Translations under genes and position numbers: made by a program
Notes under the pieces: model-generated
The model's database searches: none
What the model saw: only the letters and a program-made list of their open reading frames with translations
What the model was told of the DNA's origin: nothing
Virus record (IMG/VR): IMGVR_UViG_3300037044_000249
Coordinates: 1 to 33,868 of that record
DNA length: 33,868 nt
Direction: 5' to 3' (one strand)
Source of the DNA: a virus
Taxonomy: Duplodnaviria > Caudoviricetes
In this document: positions 1-7,232 of the stretch, one piece after another
How the letters are laid out: each line of letters starts with the position of its first letter
How positions within the stretch are numbered: position 1 is the stretch's first letter

Positions 1-222
1 ATGACCAAGTTCTTCTCCACGATCCAACATCACAGCATCGCCAGCGCCCGCGAAATCGAGATCGATGGCACCATGACCGATGCCAAGCGCAAGGCCGCCC
101 GTGAATTCAGCGGCGAGCAGAACGACTTCCGGATCGTGATTTTCGCGGCCCCGGCGGGCATTGAGCCTTACAAGGTTTCTTCCCGCCGCGTCGGCGGGCG
201 CAAGTGGGAGGATCGGTATTGA
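1..222 (+). CDS. Small protein, candidate AcrIF9-like anti-CRISPR
   Basis: 73 aa. The pattern I.S.RE...AKR.A..E...G.KW resembles AcrIF9 as I recall it. Its stop overlaps the TTG start of an HTH gene. The upstream region is outside the window. Confidence 0.5.
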   Translation: MTKFFSTIQHHSIASAREIEIDGTMTDAKRKAAREFSGEQNDFRIVIFAAPAGIEPYKVSSRRVGGRKWEDRY

Positions 223-455
223 GCAACAAGCTGATCGCCGACGTCGGCGCCGCCCTTTGGGGTGAGCGCTGGCAGACCGAGCTAAGCCGGGCGCTGGGCA
301 TCAGCGATCGCACGGTGCGCAATTGGGTGGCCGGCACCAGCGAGCCCAAGCAGGGGGTCTATATGGACCTGCTGCGAATCAGCGAGGAGCGCGCCGCCGA
401 CCTGGACGAGGTGATCACCCGCGTCAGGGAAGCGATGAACTCGGCCAGCCAGTAG
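219..455 (+). CDS. HTH (XRE-like) DNA-binding protein, candidate Aca regulator
   Basis: WQTELSRALGISDRTVRNWVAG is a clear HTH. GGAGG RBS at 207-211 precedes TTG at 219, which overlaps the upstream TGA. Confidence 0.8.
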   Translation: MSNKLIADVGAALWGERWQTELSRALGISDRTVRNWVAGTSEPKQGVYMDLLRISEERAADLDEVITRVREAMNSASQ

Positions 456-456
456 T

Positions 457-672
457 CTACTCTCCCTGGCAGGCCCTGACCTGGTCGCGCAGGGCGACAT
501 GGTCGGCGGCGAATTGGGCCAGGGCCGGCGCCTGGCCGGCCTCGATTTCCGCCAGCACCAGGGCCTCGAAGGCGGGCGAATAGGCCTTGAGCGCGATCAG
601 GCTACAGGTGCCCGCCGCCGCGCAGCCGGTCAGCCAGGGCAGCAGGATCAGCAGGGGCAGTTTCGCGCGCAT
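457..672 (-). CDS. o-spanin (Rz1-like outer-membrane lipoprotein)
   Basis: Signal peptide with lipobox LTGC, extra Cys residues and an AAGGA RBS. It overlaps the 3' end of the i-spanin in another frame. Confidence 0.75.
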   Translation of the reverse strand: MRAKLPLLILLPWLTGCAAAGTCSLIALKAYSPAFEALVLAEIEAGQAPALAQFAADHVALRDQVRACQGE

Positions 673-820
673 CGGTCATCCTTTCGGCAGCGGCAATATC
701 GCGGGCGAGGGTGTCGACCTGAGCCTTGCGCTTGCCCGCGCGCCAGGCCGCCAGCCATACCGCGCCGATGACCGACGCGGCGATGGCCAGCAGGACAACC
801 CAGGGCCAGACGGCGCCCAT
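602..820 (-). CDS. i-spanin (Rz-like)
   Basis: MGAVWPWVVLLAIAASVIGAVWLAAW is an N-terminal TM segment followed by a helical tail. The ATG overlaps the holin stop (TGATG). Confidence 0.7.
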   Translation of the reverse strand: MGAVWPWVVLLAIAASVIGAVWLAAWRAGKRKAQVDTLARDIAAAERMTDARETAPADPAALADRLRGGGHL

Positions 821-1020
821 CAGGCGGCCCCAGGCGGCTTGTTGGCGGGGCTGACCCATACGATGAACCCCGTGATGGCGGAGACGATGGCGAGCTGGGT
901 GTCGGGGGTGTTCCACTCGGGCGGGATGAGCCCCCGGGCGACCAGCAGACCCAGCAGTACGCCGACGACGCCGGCGACCGCCTTCGAGTTGGCCTTCAGC
1001 AGGTTGACGATGAAATTCAT
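820..1020 (-). CDS. Putative holin (2 TM segments)
   Basis: 66 aa with two hydrophobic segments and a GGAG RBS, located between the endolysin and the spanins. Confidence 0.65.
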   Translation of the reverse strand: MNFIVNLLKANSKAVAGVVGVLLGLLVARGLIPPEWNTPDTQLAIVSAITGFIVWVSPANKPPGAA

Positions 1021-1034
1021 GTTCGGGCTCCATG

Positions 1035-1063
1035 AAAATGGGCCGCGCATTGCTGCGCGGCCC
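1035..1063 (-). terminator. Possible weak intrinsic terminator upstream of holin
   Basis: 10-bp stem GGGCCGCGCA/TGCGCGGCCC with a 4-nt loop, followed by ATTTT on the minus strand. Confidence 0.45.
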
Positions 1064-1079
1064 TTGGGGGAGGATGGCC

Positions 1080-1313
1080 TTATTCGGCCGGGGTGAAATC
1101 GAGGTAGTATTCCTTCCCCTGCACGAACTGCTCGAAGGCGGCAGGGTTGGTGATGGTCATCTGCACCTGGCCAGCCGGGGTCCATTTCGACCACGAGTGG
1201 TTGGGGCTGGCCGGATCGTCCGAATAGACCGCGTCCATGCGGACAACGCGGATAGGGTCCGGGCCGTCGTGAGGCTCGATTGAACTCACCTTGAATTTTG
1301 CACGCACAGTCAT
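1080..1313 (-). CDS. Hypothetical phage protein
   Basis: 77 aa with a strong AGGAGG RBS. The composition is protein-like (VRAKFKV...ENH-like SWSKWTPAG...YYLDFTPA). Confidence 0.8.
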   Translation of the reverse strand: MTVRAKFKVSSIEPHDGPDPIRVVRMDAVYSDDPASPNHSWSKWTPAGQVQMTITNPAAFEQFVQGKEYYLDFTPAE

Positions 1314-1337
1314 GGTGTTGCCCCTCCTAAGGGCATG

Positions 1338-1359
1338 AAAAAGCCCGCACGCGGCGGGC
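1338..1359 (-). terminator. Intrinsic terminator (copy 2 of an identical hairpin)
   Basis: GCCCGC-N5-GCGGGC followed by T5 on the minus strand, just after the endolysin stop. Confidence 0.65.
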
Positions 1360-1384
1360 GGGGTGATGGTGATGACGGGGCCGA

Positions 1385-1981
1385 TTACCGGGCCTTGATC
1401 CGGGCCAGCGTCTTATCGAGCTTGCCGATCCACATCCCGGCGAACTGCGCGCAAGGCATGGTGAGCGTGCCGCCGTTCTTCAGAACCTCGGCCTTGCCGT
1501 TCGGCTCCAGGGCTACCCAGGCGAGCCGCTTGGGGTCGCGCAGGAGCGCGAGAGCCCCGCCGGCGCCCTGTTGGTGGGCGAGGTAGATTTCACCGGGCGT
1601 GGCGGCGCGCCCGAGGCCGCGGAAGATGGCGGCGGCGTTGTCCCGGGCCAAGCGGGCGCCGGCATCGGCGGCCTGGGCTGGATCATAGCGATTGACCAGG
1701 TGATATTGCCTCGCCGTGCTGTCCAGGAACTGGAACAGGCCGCCGGCTGTCGATTTCGGATTCTTGGCCTTGGGGTCGAGGCCGCTTTCGATGGTGGCGA
1801 CGGCAAGCAGTGTGTCGGGGTCCTGGCCATATCGAATGGCCGCTTCCCTGATGATGCCGGGAATGTCGAGAGGCATGGCCGGTTCATTCATCGTAATCTC
1901 CAACGTAGCCCGCTGCGGGAGCGGGGCGGCCGGCGGGGCAAACAGGTTCCGCAGCCAGGCCAGAAGGCTTTCCATGGGCAT
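1385..1981 (-). CDS. Endolysin, lytic transglycosylase (SLT-like)
   Basis: Catalytic IES motif, GLFQF and YLAHQQG motifs. The start is either 1981 or 1891 (GGAG RBS). Confidence 0.85.
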   Translation of the reverse strand: MPMESLLAWLRNLFAPPAAPLPQRATLEITMNEPAMPLDIPGIIREAAIRYGQDPDTLLAVATIESGLDPKAKNPKSTAGGLFQFLDSTARQYHLVNRYDPAQAADAGARLARDNAAAIFRGLGRAATPGEIYLAHQQGAGGALALLRDPKRLAWVALEPNGKAEVLKNGGTLTMPCAQFAGMWIGKLDKTLARIKAR

Positions 1982-2132
1982 TTTCCCTATTGAGTTCGGA
2001 GAGGGCCTGTAGGGCATCCTGGGCGAGGTGCAGGAGCCCGCTGGCCGATAGGCGGGAGCGGAAGGGCTGGCCGTCGAGCCCAACCCCGGAAATCATGCCG
2101 CCGTCGCCATCGCGATAGATCACCGCGGTCAA
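1884..2132 (-). CDS. Hypothetical protein
   Basis: TTG start with a GAGGA RBS. It fills the gap between neighbouring genes and its stop overlaps the 1891 endolysin start. Confidence 0.5.
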   Translation of the reverse strand: MTAVIYRDGDGGMISGVGLDGQPFRSRLSASGLLHLAQDALQALSELNRENAHGKPSGLAAEPVCPAGRPAPAAGYVGDYDE

Positions 2133-2158
2133 GGCGGGTCCTCATATCCAGCGGACGG

Positions 2159-2530
2159 TCATCGCGACCCCCCGGCCCTGCCCGTCGTGCCCAGCCGCTC
2201 CTCGATCCGGCTCAACCGGTTGTCGATCGAGCGCAGCAGGGTATCCAGCCGCTCCACTGTCGCGTCGGTGCGCCGGGCATCGATCACGCCGGAATCGGCG
2301 CGGGCCGAGAGCTGGGTCAACTGCAGGGTGATCGACTGCTGCTGGGCGGTCAGCGTCGCAATCGCGGTCTGTTGCTGGTCGTTGATGCGAGCCTGGGCCT
2401 CGACCTCGTTTTTCAGCGATGCGCCGACCACGAGAAGCGAGCCGGCCAGGGCGATGGGCTGCCACCATTTCAGCAGGAAGTTCGCCTCGCGGTCGGAGGC
2501 GCGGTGGCCAGGGGACGGCGCGTCGGTCAT
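2159..2530 (-). CDS. Single-TM coiled-coil protein of the lysis module (holin/antiholin-like, unproven)
   Basis: GGGAG RBS, a hydrophobic segment WWQPIALAGSLLVVGA and a heptad-like tail ending LSRIEERL. Confidence 0.65.
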   Translation of the reverse strand: MTDAPSPGHRASDREANFLLKWWQPIALAGSLLVVGASLKNEVEAQARINDQQQTAIATLTAQQQSITLQLTQLSARADSGVIDARRTDATVERLDTLLRSIDNRLSRIEERLGTTGRAGGSR

Positions 2531-2542
2531 GATCACTCCCAT

Positions 2543-2566
2543 AAAAAAAGCCCGCACGCGGCGGGC
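2543..2566 (-). terminator. Intrinsic terminator ending the tail module (copy 1)
   Basis: GCCCGC-N5-GCGGGC followed by T7 on the minus strand. Confidence 0.75.
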
Positions 2567-2587
2567 ATGGCGGTTGTGTTTAAATGA

Positions 2588-2755
2588 TCACTCAGACCCA
2601 TGGTCTTCGACCGACTCAAGCGCTTCGGCCGGCCACCAGCCGGTGCCGCCCTCGTCATAAGCCAGTTCATAATTGTCGCCATCGATCCCGATGACGGACG
2701 CGCCAACGGTTTCGCGGGTTTCTTTACGATTAACGCGGTCGCCAATATTAAACAT
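2588..2755 (-). CDS. 55-aa protein missed by the ORF track, SH3/KOW-like small beta barrel suspected
   Basis: Read manually as MFNIGDRVNRKETRETVGASVIGIDGDNYELAYDEGGTGWWPAEALESVEDHGSE. A perfect AAGGAGG RBS overlaps the tail fibre stop. Confidence 0.75.
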   Translation of the reverse strand: MFNIGDRVNRKETRETVGASVIGIDGDNYELAYDEGGTGWWPAEALESVEDHGSE

Positions 2756-2765
2756 TCACGCCTCC

Positions 2766-4154
2766 TTACAGCAGGACATAAGACTGCTCGGCCCAGTTTG
2801 TGCCGTCGAATACGTAGACGCCCGCGGATGCCGTCGCCGATGCACCTGTGCGGAGGGTTCCGCCAGCGGGGCCGCCGTTGACAATGGCGAGCGTGAACGC
2901 GCCGAGGCCGGATCGTTTTATGCTGAATGTATCGCCGGAGATCGCATAGGCGGCGGAGAGCGTGATCGTCCGGTTCAACATCAGGGTCGCGCTGAGCGTT
3001 TGGAAAACGGCGTTGACGCCCACGGCTAGCGTAGCGTCTGCGTCAGCTAGGGCAGCCGAGCGGGGGGAGCGCCTCCGATAGTCCGGGTTGCCGGGGTAGG
3101 CGCCATTTGTCATCACCCGGTTGCCGGTGCCTGAAGGCGCAACGGCGGCAAAGAGCCCCAACTCCGGGGACCACGCGATGGCGGCCCAGTTATTATCTGC
3201 CGCGCTGGTGCGGATCGTCCAGGTCACGCCGTCCGGGGATGTCATCACCCGGTTGCCGGTGCCGGTATACGCCACAGCGGCAAAGAGCCCCAACTCCGGG
3301 GACCACGCGATGGCGGCCCAGTTATTATCTGCCGCGCTGGTGCGGATCGTCCAGGTCACGCCGTCCGGGGACGTCATCACCCGGTTGCCGGTGCCGGTAT
3401 CCGCCACAGCGGCAAAGAGACCCAACTCCGGGGACCACGCGATGGCACGCCAGTTATTATCTGCCGCGCTGGTGCGGATCGTCCACGCGGTCGCCGTTGC
3501 GTAGCCCCGCGCCGGAATGTTCGGGGCGGCCCTTTTTACGGTGGAAATAAGAGACCGCTGCTTGGCCGCATTCGCAGCGCCTAGGACGGCTAGGCCGGCG
3601 GCGCTGGCCTGCGAATCATCCACCTTTTCGGCCAGCCCGGATTCCACAAATGCGGTCGTGGCATACGGAGAAAGGTCATCAGCCTGCAACGCGCTATCCG
3701 CCAGCGCCCCCTGAGCCGCCGTCGCGAATCCTGATGCCGCGCTAGCATCCATCTTCGCGTCCAGCGCGTCCTGAAGCCCGGCGACATCGGCGATGGTTGT
3801 GGCGATGGCGCCGGCGATGCCTTCCCATCCGCCCGGCCCGTTCACGATCAGCGCGCCCTCGTCGGCGACATAGATCAGGAAGCCGAGCCACGGCTCAACG
3901 AACTGCCAGGCGCTGCCATCCCATTCCGAGATCTGGTCATCATGGCCGGACCAGGCGCCGGTCGCGCCGGCGGCGACGAGATAGGCATGCCCCTCGTCCG
4001 GCGCGCCGGGCGGCGCGGTCAGGTCCCGATCGATGACGGCGGCCTGCACCACCATGTCCAAGCGGAACAGCCCGGCATTGACCGTCACTTCCGGGCTGCC
4101 CTGGCCCTCGACCAGGTAAGGCGCCCCGATGCGCGGGGTTGCGGTCGTGCTCAT
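2766..4154 (-). CDS. Tail fibre / receptor-binding protein: DUF2793-like N-terminus plus Asp-box (BNR-like) repeats
   Basis: The N-terminus (PYLVEGQGSPEVTVNAGL...PP...GAW.G.D.QI..W.G.AW.F) is typical of DUF2793. It has three 44-aa repeats carrying the TSPDGVTW Asp-box. Confidence 0.8.
   Translation of the reverse strand: MSTTATPRIGAPYLVEGQGSPEVTVNAGLFRLDMVVQAAVIDRDLTAPPGAPDEGHAYLVAAGATGAWSGHDDQISEWDGSAWQFVEPWLGFLIYVADEGALIVNGPGGWEGIAGAIATTIADVAGLQDALDAKMDASAASGFATAAQGALADSALQADDLSPYATTAFVESGLAEKVDDSQASAAGLAVLGAANAAKQRSLISTVKRAAPNIPARGYATATAWTIRTSAADNNWRAIAWSPELGLFAAVADTGTGNRVMTSPDGVTWTIRTSAADNNWAAIAWSPELGLFAAVAYTGTGNRVMTSPDGVTWTIRTSAADNNWAAIAWSPELGLFAAVAPSGTGNRVMTNGAYPGNPDYRRRSPRSAALADADATLAVGVNAVFQTLSATLMLNRTITLSAAYAISGDTFSIKRSGLGAFTLAIVNGGPAGGTLRTGASATASAGVYVFDGTNWAEQSYVLL
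3109..3485. repeat. Near-identical 132-bp tandem repeat, about 2.9 copies
   Basis: GTCATCACCCGGTTGCCGGTGCC begins at 3109, 3241 and 3373. Confidence 0.95.
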
Positions 4155-6766
4155 GGGATCTCCAGGATTTCTTCGTCGCCATAGCCGACAACGGCGGAAT
4201 ATTGCGAGACACTCAAGGTGATGCCGCTGGCCGGGCCGCCGAAGTCGGCGGTCTGCTGGGCGGCGGTATAGGTCGCCGCCGCGCTGTTGGCGATGATGCT
4301 GCGCACCACGGTCGAGCCGGCAAGAATGCGCACCCTATAGCGTTCCACCGCTTCGGACATCGGCGTATCGCCGGCCAGCAGGCGCCACGGTGCCCGGTCG
4401 CGGCGCACCCAGGTCATGGCGATGTCGCCGGCCGGGGTGACGTCATAGGCGAAGTGGCAGGGCGAGAACGGCCGCAGGTTCCGGGCCGTCGGGGCGAAGG
4501 GCACGATCGCCGTCTGGTCGATCTCGCCGTCGCGCGGCAGGGCCCGCAGATAGGTGGATTGGCCGATCGCGGACGGCTCGATCCCGCGCCAGGTCAGGCC
4601 GCTGCCGCCCGACAGGATGATCGCCTGTTCGCCCGCGTCGTGGGCAACCATGCGCGTACCGCGCCGGCCGCGAAGCAGGACGGACAGGCGCCAGGTGTCG
4701 GCGGCGATCATGGCGGCATCGCGGAACTGGATGATCTCCTCGCCCAGCAGCAAGGCATTGGCACCGTCCAGCACCTGTGCCTGCGTCACGCTTTCCGGCC
4801 CCTCGCTGCGGTCGAAGGCGAGGTCGACGGTATTGCCCATGTCCCAGGTATGGCGTGGCCCGGTGCCGAGCGCCGTGGCGGCATAGCCGATCCTCCCCTC
4901 GCCCAAGATCGAGGCGGCGGCGGCATAGGGCCCGGCCTCGGACGCCGCTTCGAGCAGGGTAGCCCCGACCCAGAAATCGTCGGCAAGGAAGGGCCGCATG
5001 GTGACGATATAGCCGGGCAGCGCCACCTGGTCGGAGAGCAGCGGCGGCAGCTCGAGCAGGAACAGGGTGATCACACTGGGCAGGTATGGCAAGCCCGGCT
5101 GATTATAGCTGCCGGCGCCCGCGTTTGGATCAGGCACTGCACCGACCGTCACAACATCGATCGCCACCGTGAAATCAGGCCGCCGCTCACGCCGCACCAC
5201 CCGCATGGTGTAGATCTGCCCGCCCCAGGGCAGGGTGATCCAGTCCGCGCCCTCGATTTTGAAGTAGGCGGGCGGCAGGGATAGCGCGCCGCTTTCACGC
5301 TCGATCCAGGGCCGCCACAGGGCGCGGTTAGCGATCTCCCGCGCCTTGTCGGCGCCCAGCACCACCGTATCCAGGTTGACGGTGATTTCGCTGCGCGCCG
5401 TCACCAGCGCGGCATGGCGTGCCGAGTCCTGGGTCGCCCGCTCGTATTCGGCATCGGCATCGGCGTAGTGGGTGATCGCCCGGCGCGGCAAGCCCGTCTC
5501 GTCGGTGACCCGGGACAGTTGCAAGCGCCGGGCGTCGCCGCCAGCCGGGCCGCGCGTGCCCAGGTGCAGCGGGTCGATCGCCACCAGTTCGGGCCGGGCG
5601 CGCGGGATGATATCGATGATGCCGGCGCGCTGGCGGGCCACGCCGTCGACCACCGACAGCAGTTGCGCGAGCGGCTGGGCGGTATCACCTGGGCTGACCA
5701 GCATGCCGGCCAGGGGCAGGCTGTCGAAGGCATCGACCGAGCGGCGGGCGGCGCCGATGCCGGCGCGGTCGAGCAGCCAGGCGATGGCCCCCGACATCGC
5801 CTCGGTGCCCGGCTGCCCGGTCATCTCGACGGTGACCGAGGGCAGGCGATTGCCCCATTTTTCGAGTTGAAGCCGCTCGAAGACGACATGGACGGTGCCG
5901 CGATAGGCCGGACTGTCGGCGATGGGCGAGATTTCCTCCAGCAGCGAATCAACTTCCTGGTCGGCACTGCCGTCATAGAGACGGATCGCATCCCACAGCG
6001 GCGGCAGGTCGCGCAGGGTGATCGCCCCACTCAAACTCTTGCCGATGGACAGGCTGTCGGAATCGCCGGGGTCGCCCTGGACCGCACGCCACACTTCCCG
6101 GGTCGGGTCCACGCCGCCGGGGAATTCCGCGCTGTAGGGGATCACCGTCGCCAGTTCGACGGAAATATCACCGAAGACATTGAGCAGCCGGCCTTCCAAA
6201 AGCGACGAGTCGCCGAAACTCATGTAGTCGGCCGTGCCAACCGGCACGGCAAAGCCCCAGATCCGGTGAATGCCGGCTTGCACACCGGAAGGGCCGTAGA
6301 ACACCTGCGCGGTGACAGGCAGCGAGGGCCGCACGGTACCCGTGGCATGGACAAGTCTATTGTCGAACCAGATGCGCCTGATCGTCCCTGTGCCCTCGCC
6401 GAAGGCATAGGCACAGTGCCGGAAATAGGCATAGGTGGTCGTCGACGAGCCGCCACCGCCACCCTTGCCGCCGCTTTGCTTGTGGGTGGTGGCGACCTCG
6501 ATCAAGGCCCCGGCCGCCATCAATTGACCGCCCACGCGATAGGCGCCACCCAGCACCACCGGCACCGGCGACCCTTCCGCCGCAGTCGAGATCGCGATGT
6601 CGTCCAGCCGCGGCCCTTCCTGGTGCACACCCTTCACTGGAAACAGGAAATTGCGATCGATGAAAGCGCCGGCCGCAGCGGCGACGGTGGTGGCTGCGGC
6701 GATGACCCAGGCGGCCTCGCCTGCCAGTGCGGCGCTGGCGGCGATTGGCAGAATGATGGCGGCCAA
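4151..6766 (-). CDS. GTA-like tail tip / host-specificity protein (Phage-tail_3, gpJ-like)
   Basis: Motifs EGPRL..., GGKGGGG, RRIW, PAYRG, WGNRLP, LLRGRRGT, W.RR.R and E..E.Y.V.I. Confidence 0.88.
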   Translation of the reverse strand: MAAIILPIAASAALAGEAAWVIAAATTVAAAAGAFIDRNFLFPVKGVHQEGPRLDDIAISTAAEGSPVPVVLGGAYRVGGQLMAAGALIEVATTHKQSGGKGGGGGSSTTTYAYFRHCAYAFGEGTGTIRRIWFDNRLVHATGTVRPSLPVTAQVFYGPSGVQAGIHRIWGFAVPVGTADYMSFGDSSLLEGRLLNVFGDISVELATVIPYSAEFPGGVDPTREVWRAVQGDPGDSDSLSIGKSLSGAITLRDLPPLWDAIRLYDGSADQEVDSLLEEISPIADSPAYRGTVHVVFERLQLEKWGNRLPSVTVEMTGQPGTEAMSGAIAWLLDRAGIGAARRSVDAFDSLPLAGMLVSPGDTAQPLAQLLSVVDGVARQRAGIIDIIPRARPELVAIDPLHLGTRGPAGGDARRLQLSRVTDETGLPRRAITHYADADAEYERATQDSARHAALVTARSEITVNLDTVVLGADKAREIANRALWRPWIERESGALSLPPAYFKIEGADWITLPWGGQIYTMRVVRRERRPDFTVAIDVVTVGAVPDPNAGAGSYNQPGLPYLPSVITLFLLELPPLLSDQVALPGYIVTMRPFLADDFWVGATLLEAASEAGPYAAAASILGEGRIGYAATALGTGPRHTWDMGNTVDLAFDRSEGPESVTQAQVLDGANALLLGEEIIQFRDAAMIAADTWRLSVLLRGRRGTRMVAHDAGEQAIILSGGSGLTWRGIEPSAIGQSTYLRALPRDGEIDQTAIVPFAPTARNLRPFSPCHFAYDVTPAGDIAMTWVRRDRAPWRLLAGDTPMSEAVERYRVRILAGSTVVRSIIANSAAATYTAAQQTADFGGPASGITLSVSQYSAVVGYGDEEILEIP

Positions 6767-6769
6767 GGC

Positions 6770-7231
6770 TCAGTCCTCCAGCGCCACGGGCCAGGTATAG
6801 GCGCCGGTGCGGCGCGCGCGCCAGCGCCCGTCATATGACGTTTCCAAGACCCGGCCGGTATTGCCTGGGCCGGGTTCCGGTGCCACGGCATGGATCAGAC
6901 CCAGGCCGTTCGGCCGTTCGGTGAGGATGCCGACATGCTGGGGCAGGATGCGCAGCTTGAAGGCGATCACGTCGCCCGGCCGGGGATCGGCCACCGGCAC
7001 CATGAAACGGGCCAGGCCGTCGGCCAACGACCCGTCCGGCACGCGCGCATAATTGGCCCATATCCCTTCGGCGATGGTCGCCGTCTCCGGCCCCAGCAGG
7101 TCGAGTTCGAGCGCCACCACCGTGACTAGGCCGATGCAGTCGAGGCCGACCAGGTCAAGCCGGCCCTGATGCACCCATGGGGTATCCTTGCGCCGCCTCG
7201 CGGCGGCGATGATGTCGCTGCGCTTGACCAT
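6770..7231 (-). CDS. NlpC/P60 phage cell-wall peptidase
   Basis: TPWVHQGR...GLDCIGL, HVGI and LIHA motifs, in the canonical position between hub and tail tip. Confidence 0.9.
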   Translation of the reverse strand: MVKRSDIIAAARRRKDTPWVHQGRLDLVGLDCIGLVTVVALELDLLGPETATIAEGIWANYARVPDGSLADGLARFMVPVADPRPGDVIAFKLRILPQHVGILTERPNGLGLIHAVAPEPGPGNTGRVLETSYDGRWRARRTGAYTWPVALED

Positions 7232-7232
7232 G

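Noticed and set aside
3109-3485. Tail fibre repeats as a diversity-generating retroelement TR/VR pair
   Set aside because: The repeats are tandem and in frame, the differences are not restricted to adenines, and no reverse transcriptase is in the window.
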